A DNA stretch of 35,539 nucleotides from an uncultured Thermodesulfobacteriota bacterium. Lineage in GTDB: Bacteria; Desulfobacterota; RBG-13-43-22. The notes under the pieces were generated by a model, which was not told the origin of the DNA, made no database searches, and worked only from the letters and a program-made list of their open reading frames with translations. Shown one piece after another: positions 27,967-35,539 of the stretch. Location: the NCBI GenBank assembly GCA_964609705.1, contig CAZSTT010000004.1, positions 13,183-48,721 of the forward strand. The letters are read 5' to 3'. Both the position numbers and the translations under genes were made by a program. Every line of letters begins with the position of its first letter. The first letter of the stretch is position 1.

Positions 27967-28614
27967 TTAGAAATCTGAAGGTTTAGTCCCCTGATCCCTC
28001 ACTTTTTGATCGATTCTTTTTTCTTCCTGACCGATGAGCCCCTCTTCTATCCTAACCACCTTTTCCAGGGTGGCAGGTTCATAATAAAACACACCCTTCT
28101 CTATTACAAAAACATAGAGTTGGTCTGTTTTATATTCAAGGTAGGAAAACCCCCGGGTGGTGCTGAAACTTCGAAAAACTTTTCCTTCAGGGTATTGTTC
28201 TTTCAATTTCCTGATCGCCGTTTCCGGAAAAAGCTCCGGATAGTCTTTAAAAAAAATCGTTTTCCCAAAAAATTTTCCTTCATAAGCATATCCATATAGA
28301 CGGCCGGTTGCCGAAGAATCGGTGGCGCTGAGCAGGGCCACCAACTTTCCTTTTCTAATCTTGAGGGACTTGGTCGGTGCATATTGGAATTCAATTTCCG
28401 ATCGATCCTGGTCTTCTTTGATCTGCCCGGTTTTATTTTTTTCTTTGACGGCCCGGTTTAATTCTTCCAGATTCAAACCCCAGGGCAGGACCGTCCATTC
28501 AATTTCGGAACTCAAACCCATTCCTGAAAAAAACAGGAGAAAACCGATGCCTACTATAAGCCGGATTTTCCCCGGTTTTTTCTTCCCGACTTTGCCTGTT
28601 TTTTCCCCTTTCAT
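27967..28614 (-). CDS. Hypothetical exported or membrane-anchored protein
   Basis: ATG 28614 after an AGAGG RBS. Lys-rich N-terminus, hydrophobic stretch LIVGIGFLLFFSGMGLS, then LPWG and a soluble domain. Confidence 0.6.
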   Translation of the reverse strand: MKGEKTGKVGKKKPGKIRLIVGIGFLLFFSGMGLSSEIEWTVLPWGLNLEELNRAVKEKNKTGQIKEDQDRSEIEFQYAPTKSLKIRKGKLVALLSATDSSATGRLYGYAYEGKFFGKTIFFKDYPELFPETAIRKLKEQYPEGKVFRSFSTTRGFSYLEYKTDQLYVFVIEKGVFYYEPATLEKVVRIEEGLIGQEEKRIDQKVRDQGTKPSDF

Positions 28615-28883
28615 GATCGACCTCTGATAATACGAAGTGGTAACATCAATTATGATGCCACCAGAATACTTCATTCCAGGCGACCATGCAACTGCAAGTT
28701 GAATCTCCCGCTGAATTTCAAATTCTCTTACCCCTCCCACCCGGATCAAGTCATCCTCTATTCTTAAATCAGGTTGATTTTTAAATTAGACTTGAGAAAC
28801 ACGGGCTTTTCGATTATGATAACTATTTTATATTTTAGTGCAAAAATAGGGTTTTCAACGCCCTTAACCTCAATTGGGGCCTT

Positions 28884-28916
28884 GTGGGGGCGGGTTTCAA
28901 TCAAACCCGCGCCTAC
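28884..28916 (-). repeat. GTAG-type REP-like palindrome
   Basis: Minus strand reads GTAGGCGCGGGTTT-GATTG-AAACCCGCCCCCAC. Confidence 0.6.
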
Positions 28917-28921
28917 GGGTC

Positions 28922-28994
28922 ATTTTCATGTTTCGTGGTGTCACGGCCTGCCTCGTGCAGGCATTACGCCTCCTAAGCGGGGCATAACGGTTTA
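28922..28994. repeat. Dispersed palindromic intergenic element, copy B
   Basis: ATTTTCATGTTTCGTGGTGTCACG...GCGGGGCATAACGGTTTA has the same termini as 4184-4234, plus an extra GCCTGC/GCAGGC hairpin. Confidence 0.65.
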
Positions 28995-29007
28995 GATTGA
29001 AGCCTAA

Positions 29008-30015
29008 ATGAATAAACCCATTATTGCCATCACCATGGGAGATCCAGCCGGGGTTGGACCGGAGATTATCCTCAAAACCCTGGATGATCCGAAGGTCAAA
29101 AAAGCCTGCCGTCTCTTGATCTTCGGGGACCGGCAGGTCCTGGAATCAACCGCCGGGAGATTGGGGAAATCTTTTTCAATTAATTCGATTGAAAGGTTCG
29201 ACCGGACAGCCGGCTGGGAAGAATCCGTTGGTCTGTACGAAGCTTCCCGTTTGCCTGCCGATGAGGTGATCCCCGGCCGACCCGATCCCCGGTGGGGGGC
29301 ACCGGTCTTGGAATATATCCGTCTGGCCGCCAGATCGGCTTTAAAAGGCCAGGTGGCGGCCATGGTCACCTGTCCCATCAGCAAGGAAATAATTCGCCGA
29401 CTGCGGCCTTCCTTTACCGGTCATACTGAATACCTGGCCCATCAATCCAAAACCCGGTCCTTTGGCATGATGCTGACCGGGCAGCGTTTAAAGGTCAGCC
29501 TGGTGACCATTCACCTTTCCCTTAAAAAAGCCCTTCGGGTACTGGATACGGAAAAAATTATAAAAACCATTGAATTGACTTATCAAACTTTAACCAGCCG
29601 GTTTGGTCTGGGAGACCCCCGGATAGCCGTCGCCGGTCTTAATCCCCACGCCGGAGAACAAGGGGCCTTCGGTTCGGAAGAGGAAAAGATTGTCTCCCCG
29701 GCCATCCGGAAGGCGCAAAGCCAGGGAATGCAGGTCTCCGGCCCTCATCCTCCGGATACCCTTTTTTATTGGGCCGCGCAGGGGCGTTATGACGCCGTTG
29801 TGGCCTTATACCACGATCAGGGTCTTATCCCAATAAAGCTCCTTCATTTCGATAACGCCGTTAATATCACCATGGGCCTGCCTTTTATTCGCACCTCCGT
29901 GGACCACGGCACGGCTTTTGATATCGCCGGTAAAGGCCTGGCCAATCCGGACAGCCTGATCCAGGCCGTGCTATTGGCCGGTGATTTTTCCGGAAGGGAA
30001 CCCAAATGGCTTTAA
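29008..30015 (+). CDS. pdxA: 4-hydroxythreonine-4-phosphate dehydrogenase
   Basis: [39 protein letters not shown] and [14 protein letters not shown]. Confidence 0.95.
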   Translation: MNKPIIAITMGDPAGVGPEIILKTLDDPKVKKACRLLIFGDRQVLESTAGRLGKSFSINSIERFDRTAGWEESVGLYEASRLPADEVIPGRPDPRWGAPVLEYIRLAARSALKGQVAAMVTCPISKEIIRRLRPSFTGHTEYLAHQSKTRSFGMMLTGQRLKVSLVTIHLSLKKALRVLDTEKIIKTIELTYQTLTSRFGLGDPRIAVAGLNPHAGEQGAFGSEEEKIVSPAIRKAQSQGMQVSGPHPPDTLFYWAAQGRYDAVVALYHDQGLIPIKLLHFDNAVNITMGLPFIRTSVDHGTAFDIAGKGLANPDSLIQAVLLAGDFSGREPKWL

Positions 30016-32843
30016 ACCAAATCCTAGTCAAAGGGGCCAGAGAGCATAATCTTAAAAATATTGATGTGACCATCCCCCGGGATAAACTGGTAGTCATCAC
30101 CGGTCTTTCGGGGTCCGGCAAATCCACCCTGGCCTTTGATACCATCTATGCCGAAGGCCAACGGCGTTATGTGGAATCCCTTTCGGCCTACGCCCGCCAG
30201 TTTCTGGAGCAGATGGACAAGCCTGACGTGGATTATATCGAAGGGCTATCCCCGGCCATCTCCATTGAGCAGAAAACCACCAGTAAAAATCCCCGCTCCA
30301 CCGTGGGTACAGTGACCGAGATTTACGATTTTCTCCGGGTCCTGTTTGCCCGGATCGGAGAACCCTATTGCTGGCAGTGCGGGCAAAAAATCTCTTCCCA
30401 ATCGGTTCAGGAAATCGTCGATCAGTTGATGAACTTTCCGGCGGGAGCCCGGATTCAACTTCTTTCCCCCCTGGTCACCGGACGCAAGGGGGAGCATCAA
30501 AAACTGCTGGACCAGTTAAAAAGAGAGGGGTTTGTCCGGGTCCGGATCAATGGTGAATTCAGGGAACTGGAGGAAACCATCATCCTGGATAAGAAGAAAA
30601 AACATACCCTGGAAGTCGTAGTGGACCGGCTGGTGATCAAGGAGGGATTGCACCGCCGCTTAACCGATTCAGTGGAACTGGCCCTGAAACTCTCCCAGGG
30701 GTTCCTGCGGGTCCTTTTGCCCGGTGGAGAAGAGAGTCTTTTCAGCGAGCGTTTTTCCTGTGACCGGTGCGACATCAGCCTGCCGGAATTGAACCCCCAG
30801 CTCTTTTCCTTCAACAACCCCCAGGGGGCCTGCCCGACCTGCGACGGCCTGGGGACCAAAATGTATTTTGATCCGGATCTGATCGTGCCCAATCCGAACC
30901 TCAATCTTCGGGAAGGGGCTGTGGTTCCCTGGGAAAACCGCTCCTCGGTCTATTTTCAACAGATGCTCGAAGCCCTGTTCAGCCATTATCATTTTGATTT
31001 CTATACTCCCTTTAAGGACCTGCCGGCCAAGGTCAAGGAGGTCCTGCTCTATGGGTCCGGGAAGGAACCGATTCGCTTTTATTTCGAAAGAGAAGGCCGA
31101 AGACATTTTTATGAAAGGCCTTTTGAAGGGGTCATCCCCAACCTGGACCGGCGTTACCGGGAAACCGACTCCGCCATGATCCGGGAGGAGTTGGAGCGAT
31201 TCATGAACGTCCGCCCCTGTCCCACCTGTAAAGGGACGCGGTTAAAAAAGGAAAGCCTGGCCGTCAAGATCCAGGATCTGTCCATTCATCAGGTTACGGA
31301 CTTTTCAGTCAAAGAGGCCAAGGTCTGGTTTGAGACCCTCCAACTGAATGTCAGGCAGACCCAGATCGCCCGTCGGATACTTAAAGAAATTAATGATCGC
31401 CTGGAATTTATGGCCAACGTAGGGCTGGATTACCTGACCCTCAACCGGACTTCGGCCACCCTGTCCGGCGGAGAAGGACAGCGCATCCGGCTGGCCACCC
31501 AGATCGGCTCCCAATTGATGGGGGTCCTTTATGTCTTGGATGAACCGAGCATAGGCCTCCATCCCCGGGATAATCTCCGGCTTCTCCAGACCTTGAAAAC
31601 CCTTCGGGATATCGGGAATACGGTCCTGGTGGTTGAACATGATGCCAACACCATTCTTTCCTCCGATTATGTTATTGACATGGGACCCGGGGCCGGAGAA
31701 CATGGGGGGCAGGTGGTTTTCAGTGGTACCCCGGAGCAATTGCTTCAAGACCCTTCCTCGCTGACCGGGCAATATCTGTCCGGAAGGCGGACTATTCCGA
31801 TTCCTTCCCAGCGCCGTCCTCATAAAAAAGGGCATATCCAGATCAAGGGGGCCTCGGAAAACAATCTTAAGCAGATCGATGTCTCCATCCCACTGGGGGT
31901 CTTTACCTGTGTGACCGGTGTCTCCGGTTCCGGCAAGAGCACTTTAATTATCGATACCCTTTATCAGACCCTGGCCCAGCGTCTTTACCGATCCAAAAAC
32001 CGGGCCGGCCGGGTTCAGGAAATGAAAGGGGTCAAGCTCATCGACAAGGTCATCAATATTGATCAATCGCCGATCGGACGGACCCCCAGATCCAATCCGG
32101 CCACCTACACCGGGCTCTTTACCACCATCCGGGATCTGTTTGCCAGAACGACCGAGGCCCGGTCACGGGGTTATAAACCCGGCCGCTTCAGTTTTAATGT
32201 CCGGGGAGGACGTTGTCCGGCCTGCAATGGAGACGGCCTGATGAAGATAGAAATGCATTTTCTGCCGGATGTTTATGTGACCTGTGAGGTCTGTCAGGGC
32301 AGCCGTTATAACCGGGATACCCTGGAAGTCCTTTATAAGGGGATGAATATCGCCCAGGTCCTCGACCTTACGGTAGATCAGGCCCTGGCGGTTTTTGAGG
32401 CCATCCCGACCCTAAGGGAAAAGCTGGAAACCTTAAGTCAGGTGGGCCTGGGTTATATCCGGGTGGGGCAACCGGCCACCACCCTTTCCGGCGGAGAGGC
32501 CCAGCGGATCAAACTATCCCGCGAATTGAGCAAACGATCCACCGGAAAGACTCTCTATATCCTCGACGAACCAACTACCGGTCTGCATTTTTCCGACATA
32601 CAAAAATTATTAGAGGTCCTGGGCAGCCTGGTGGAAATGGGCAATACCGTGGTCGTCATTGAACACAATCTGGATGTCATCAAAACCGCCGACTATATCA
32701 TTGACCTGGGCCCGGAGGGAGGAGACGGGGGGGGGCAAGTCGTCGGCTTTGGAATCCCTGAGGCTATGGCGGAAAATCCCAAATCCTATACCGGCCGGTT
32801 TTTAAAGCAGGTGCTTGGAAATTCCGGGGCCTCCGGGGATTGA
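30006..32843 (+). CDS. uvrA: Excinuclease ABC subunit A
   Basis: [59 protein letters not shown] and zinc fingers. Confidence 0.98.
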   Translation: MALNQILVKGAREHNLKNIDVTIPRDKLVVITGLSGSGKSTLAFDTIYAEGQRRYVESLSAYARQFLEQMDKPDVDYIEGLSPAISIEQKTTSKNPRSTVGTVTEIYDFLRVLFARIGEPYCWQCGQKISSQSVQEIVDQLMNFPAGARIQLLSPLVTGRKGEHQKLLDQLKREGFVRVRINGEFRELEETIILDKKKKHTLEVVVDRLVIKEGLHRRLTDSVELALKLSQGFLRVLLPGGEESLFSERFSCDRCDISLPELNPQLFSFNNPQGACPTCDGLGTKMYFDPDLIVPNPNLNLREGAVVPWENRSSVYFQQMLEALFSHYHFDFYTPFKDLPAKVKEVLLYGSGKEPIRFYFEREGRRHFYERPFEGVIPNLDRRYRETDSAMIREELERFMNVRPCPTCKGTRLKKESLAVKIQDLSIHQVTDFSVKEAKVWFETLQLNVRQTQIARRILKEINDRLEFMANVGLDYLTLNRTSATLSGGEGQRIRLATQIGSQLMGVLYVLDEPSIGLHPRDNLRLLQTLKTLRDIGNTVLVVEHDANTILSSDYVIDMGPGAGEHGGQVVFSGTPEQLLQDPSSLTGQYLSGRRTIPIPSQRRPHKKGHIQIKGASENNLKQIDVSIPLGVFTCVTGVSGSGKSTLIIDTLYQTLAQRLYRSKNRAGRVQEMKGVKLIDKVINIDQSPIGRTPRSNPATYTGLFTTIRDLFARTTEARSRGYKPGRFSFNVRGGRCPACNGDGLMKIEMHFLPDVYVTCEVCQGSRYNRDTLEVLYKGMNIAQVLDLTVDQALAVFEAIPTLREKLETLSQVGLGYIRVGQPATTLSGGEAQRIKLSRELSKRSTGKTLYILDEPTTGLHFSDIQKLLEVLGSLVEMGNTVVVIEHNLDVIKTADYIIDLGPEGGDGGGQVVGFGIPEAMAENPKSYTGRFLKQVLGNSGASGD

Positions 32844-33491
32844 AGGCATTGAGGTTTCCGAGGACAGATTGCCTAAACGATAGGCCAGTCTGTCCAGTTT
32901 TACCGTAAAGTCGATATGATGTACCAGAAATCCTTCCGGGACATGCAGTTGAACCGGGGCAAAATTCAAGATCCCCCGTATGGGGGTTTTAGTCACCAGA
33001 TCGGCTACTTCCTGGGCCTTGGCTGCCGGGGTCGTGATTACCGCGATTTCGATGTTCCGGTCCAGGGCGATTTTCTCCAGATCCGACATGGGAGAGATAG
33101 GGAATCCCTGGGATAACATCCGGCCGATTTTCTGAGGATCGTTATCAAAAGCAGCAACGAAGTTATATCCCTGTCTGGGAAAGTTACTGTGGTCGATCAA
33201 GGCAAATCCCATATTCCCCATGCCGATGACACCCAGATGCCAGGATTTGTTCAGACCCAGGATCCTTTTGATTTCAAAAAGGAGTTCCTTGACCATATAA
33301 CCGACACCTCGGACCCCGAATTCCCCGAAGTAGGCAAGATCCTTTCTGATTTGAGCGGAGTTGACTTCACAGAACTGAGCCAGTTTTTCAGAAGATATCA
33401 CGCTCAGGCCCTGCTCGTCCAGTTCTTCCAGGGCACGAGAATAACGGGAGAGGCGAGTAATGGTTGCAGTTGGTATCTTAGAAAATTTCAA
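32802..33491 (-). CDS. rex: Redox-sensing transcriptional repressor Rex
   Basis: [39 protein letters not shown] and ILNFAP. Confidence 0.95.
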   Translation of the reverse strand: MKFSKIPTATITRLSRYSRALEELDEQGLSVISSEKLAQFCEVNSAQIRKDLAYFGEFGVRGVGYMVKELLFEIKRILGLNKSWHLGVIGMGNMGFALIDHSNFPRQGYNFVAAFDNDPQKIGRMLSQGFPISPMSDLEKIALDRNIEIAVITTPAAKAQEVADLVTKTPIRGILNFAPVQLHVPEGFLVHHIDFTVKLDRLAYRLGNLSSETSMPSIPGGPGISKHLL

Positions 33492-33510
33492 AACAGGCCC
33501 CTTAGAGAAT

Positions 33511-33528
33511 ATGTGAATTATAACACAT
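33511..33528 (-). promoter_or_regulatory. Candidate Rex operator overlapping an extended -10 promoter of rex
   Basis: ATGTGAATTATAACACAT fits the Rex-type TGTGA-N6-TCACA spacing with one mismatch. The minus strand contains TGTTATAAT (TGn + TATAAT, 33525-33517). Confidence 0.7.
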
Positions 33529-33536
33529 GACTGCTC

Positions 33537-33579
33537 AAAAAAAGAGGGCTGCCGGCCACAACCAGCAGCCCCCCTTTTT
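33537..33579 (-). terminator. Intrinsic terminator after atpE
   Basis: Minus strand GGGCTGCTGG-TTGTGG-CCGGCAGCCC followed by TCTTTTTTT. Confidence 0.75.
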
Positions 33580-33587
33580 ATTAGTAA

Positions 33588-33956
33588 TTATAAAGGTAAG
33601 CCGATCATCTTGGCAATCGGTGTCGCCATAGGATAGGCATACAACAGGATCAAAGAAACGACCAGGGCGTAGATACAGAGGGACTCGATCATGGCCAGAC
33701 CGATAATCATGGTCACCGTGATCTTACCGGAGGCTTCCGGGTTCCTTGCTACCCCTTCCACAGCGCTCTTTAATCCCAGACCTTGACCGATCCCTGTTCC
33801 CAGGGCGGCAATGGCAATACCCAACCCGGCAGCCAGCACCACGCCGTAATAGACGTTAAGACCGGCGGCGGCAACCTGGGGATTGGTTTCGGCAAAAGCC
33901 AGAGCCACCATGCTGAGCAGAGCGACCATCGTCAATAGAGCAACTTTTTTTACCAT
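33588..33956 (-). CDS. atpE: F0F1 ATP synthase subunit c
   Basis: GIGQG...ARNPE...[21 protein letters not shown]; N-terminal signal-like extension; AGGAGG RBS. Confidence 0.97.
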   Translation of the reverse strand: MVKKVALLTMVALLSMVALAFAETNPQVAAAGLNVYYGVVLAAGLGIAIAALGTGIGQGLGLKSAVEGVARNPEASGKITVTMIIGLAMIESLCIYALVVSLILLYAYPMATPIAKMIGLPL

Positions 33957-34016
33957 CAATTCATCCTCCTTTCTTAAAGATTTGCCTTCTTCCTAAAAAG
34001 TAAAACAAGGGTTCAG

Positions 34017-34049
34017 GGTTTCAATCCCGCCTTTGGCGGGATTGAAACC
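34017..34049. repeat. Perfect 15-bp hairpin between atpB and atpE
   Basis: GGTTTCAATCCCGCC-TTT-GGCGGGATTGAAACC. Confidence 0.8.
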
Positions 34050-34060
34050 TTGTTTATTAT

Positions 34061-34750
34061 TTAATGTGCTTCCTCCAAAGCTGTAGAAAAATAAATCATG
34101 GACAACAAAACAAAGACAAAGGCCTGGATGAAACTGGTGAACAAGGCCAGGAACATCATCGGCAAAGGGGCCAGGAATTTTCCGGCCAGAAAAATGAGGA
34201 TGAACAGAACCATATCCTCCCCCATGATGTTGCCGAACAACCGCAGGGTCAGTGAAAGCACCCGCGAAAGGTGACTGATGATTTCAATAATAAACATCAA
34301 CGGAGCCAGCCACACGATAGGTCCGAGGAATTGTTTGATATATTTAAACCCATGCTTTTTAATGCCGATGATATGGGTCATAACGAAAACAACCAAAGCA
34401 CAGGCAAGAGTCGTGTTGATGCTGGCCGTAGGGGAATAGAAGCCCGGGAGCAAGCCTATAACATTGGAGAGGAAGATAAAAATTCCCAATGTCGCGAGTA
34501 TAGGGAAAAACGGTCGCCCGTGCTCGCCCATTGTTTCCACCTGAAAATTTTCAATGCCGGAAATGACCATTTCAAAAAAATTCTGACCGCCGGCCGGGAC
34601 CATTTTTATCGACTTTACAGCCAGAAGGGAAAACACGATCAAAAGCAGCATGATCAGCCAGGTATAAGTAACATGGGGATAGGCGTGAGCGAAATGGCCT
34701 AACCCAATGGCCTCAAAAAACTTGGTAATAAAAAGAATCGGATGCTCCAT
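34061..34750 (-). CDS. atpB: F0F1 ATP synthase subunit a
   Basis: SPTASINTT, SRVLSLTLRLFGNI and IQAFVFVLLSMIY. Confidence 0.97.
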   Translation of the reverse strand: MEHPILFITKFFEAIGLGHFAHAYPHVTYTWLIMLLLIVFSLLAVKSIKMVPAGGQNFFEMVISGIENFQVETMGEHGRPFFPILATLGIFIFLSNVIGLLPGFYSPTASINTTLACALVVFVMTHIIGIKKHGFKYIKQFLGPIVWLAPLMFIIEIISHLSRVLSLTLRLFGNIMGEDMVLFILIFLAGKFLAPLPMMFLALFTSFIQAFVFVLLSMIYFSTALEEAH

Positions 34751-34753
34751 GAA

Positions 34754-35170
34754 TTAACCGGCCTCCTTAAAAAGGATTTTCTTCATTTCATAAAAACCAA
34801 CAAGGGTCAAGTTGATGACGACTACCGACAAACCGACTACCAGCCCCAGGGGATCAACCAACCGTTTGGCTATTAATAGGTACAAAATCAAGCCGGTACC
34901 CAGCAGGCGCAAATAATATTTAATGATAACCGATTTGGGACTGGCCAGGCGATCGGGGATAAAGGCCTTTTTCAAAATCCGGTACAGGAGGTGAAAATTA
35001 ATCAGTACAATCAGACCTCCCATGGCCACACCCAAAGAGAACAAAGGAGACATCCAAATCAGACTGCCCAGAAGCAACAGGGAAAAAACGGCCCCGTTCA
35101 TCAACCGGATCTTGTTTAGAAAAGGGTCTTCAGGCGCCCCTTTGCTCCCCCTGGATAATCCTTCAATCAT
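34754..35170 (-). CDS. atpI: ATP synthase subunit I
   Basis: Four TM helices with GG..VLINF, KYYLRL and GLVVGLSVVV; directly upstream of atpB. Confidence 0.85.
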   Translation of the reverse strand: MIEGLSRGSKGAPEDPFLNKIRLMNGAVFSLLLLGSLIWMSPLFSLGVAMGGLIVLINFHLLYRILKKAFIPDRLASPKSVIIKYYLRLLGTGLILYLLIAKRLVDPLGLVVGLSVVVINLTLVGFYEMKKILFKEAG

Positions 35171-35391
35171 TTAAGGTCTTTTTCAGCCCTTTTCATAATG
35201 ACATAGATGTTTCTAAAACCGGCGACGATCCCCAGAATCATGAAAATAAGAAAGAACAGCGGGCTGGTCTGAAACCATTTGTCCAAATAATAACCGATGG
35301 CAATAGCAATGACTATGGCCAGGACTATGGAGATTCCCATAGTACTGACCAGCGCTAATAACTTAATGTATTTTCTGGTTTCTTCCTGCAC
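35167..35391 (-). CDS. atpZ: AtpZ/AtpI (ATPase gene 1) family protein
   Basis: IGYYLDKWFQTSPLFFLIFMILGIVAGFRN; first gene of the F0 operon. Confidence 0.85.
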   Translation of the reverse strand: MQEETRKYIKLLALVSTMGISIVLAIVIAIAIGYYLDKWFQTSPLFFLIFMILGIVAGFRNIYVIMKRAEKDLK

Positions 35392-35465
35392 GAAGCCTCA
35401 TCCCGCTTCAAATAATAATGATACGGCAGGCTTCCAACCCATCTATATTTTTGATATTCCGATGA

Positions 35466-35513
35466 TTGTGTAAAAGATCACACTCCTCTAACATGGGAAG
35501 GAATCAAAGTCAA
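35466..35513 (-). promoter_or_regulatory. Candidate F0-operon promoter with Rex-like operator
   Basis: Minus strand TTGACT (35513-35508), a 17-nt spacer and TGT-TAGAGG. Immediately downstream lies TTGTGTAAAAGATCACAC (35466-35483; GTG-N8-CAC). Confidence 0.55.
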
Positions 35514-35539
35514 CTTTTTTTTGTTTATCCGGTTTATTC

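Noticed and set aside
28750-29007. LexA/SOS box for pdxA-uvrA
   Set aside because: No convincing match to any LexA motif I know.
34018-34048. GTTTCAATCCC...GGGATTGAAAC resembles CRISPR repeat termini
   Set aside because: Single copy, fully palindromic, with no spacers and no cas genes in the window.

Overview
Chromosomal window from an anaerobic deltaproteobacterium (Desulfobacterota-like, inferred from the atpZ-atpI-atpB-atpE-rex gene order and the gene content). The left 13.4 kb is a minus-strand CoA-ester catabolic cluster. It has two complete 2-hydroxyacyl-CoA dehydratase / class I aryl-CoA reductase catalytic pairs arranged mirror-wise around one BzdQ/BzdP-like ATP-dependent activase pair. 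These are followed by an acyl-CoA dehydrogenase lacking the canonical catalytic Glu, a stand-alone acetyl-CoA-synthase middle-domain protein with a 4-Cys tail, a CooC/AcsF Ni-insertase-type ATPase, an OYE-family flavo-Fe/S reductase and a DUF401 membrane protein. This cluster is the best candidate for an undescribed system. The middle holds a Nudix CoA pyrophosphatase, an O-methyltransferase, a feoB relic, a PIG-L deacetylase, a hexapeptide protein and mscL. An AT-richer islet follows, carrying a decayed hicB-hicA pair, a LysE-family gene and an intact hicAB. The right part is housekeeping: addAB-like, pdxA, uvrA, rex and the F0 ATP synthase genes, with two candidate Rex operators. Several short palindromic or heptamer repeat elements are dispersed in intergenic spaces. 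No rRNA, tRNA, CRISPR array or transposase was seen. All assignments come from motif recognition by eye, with no database searches.
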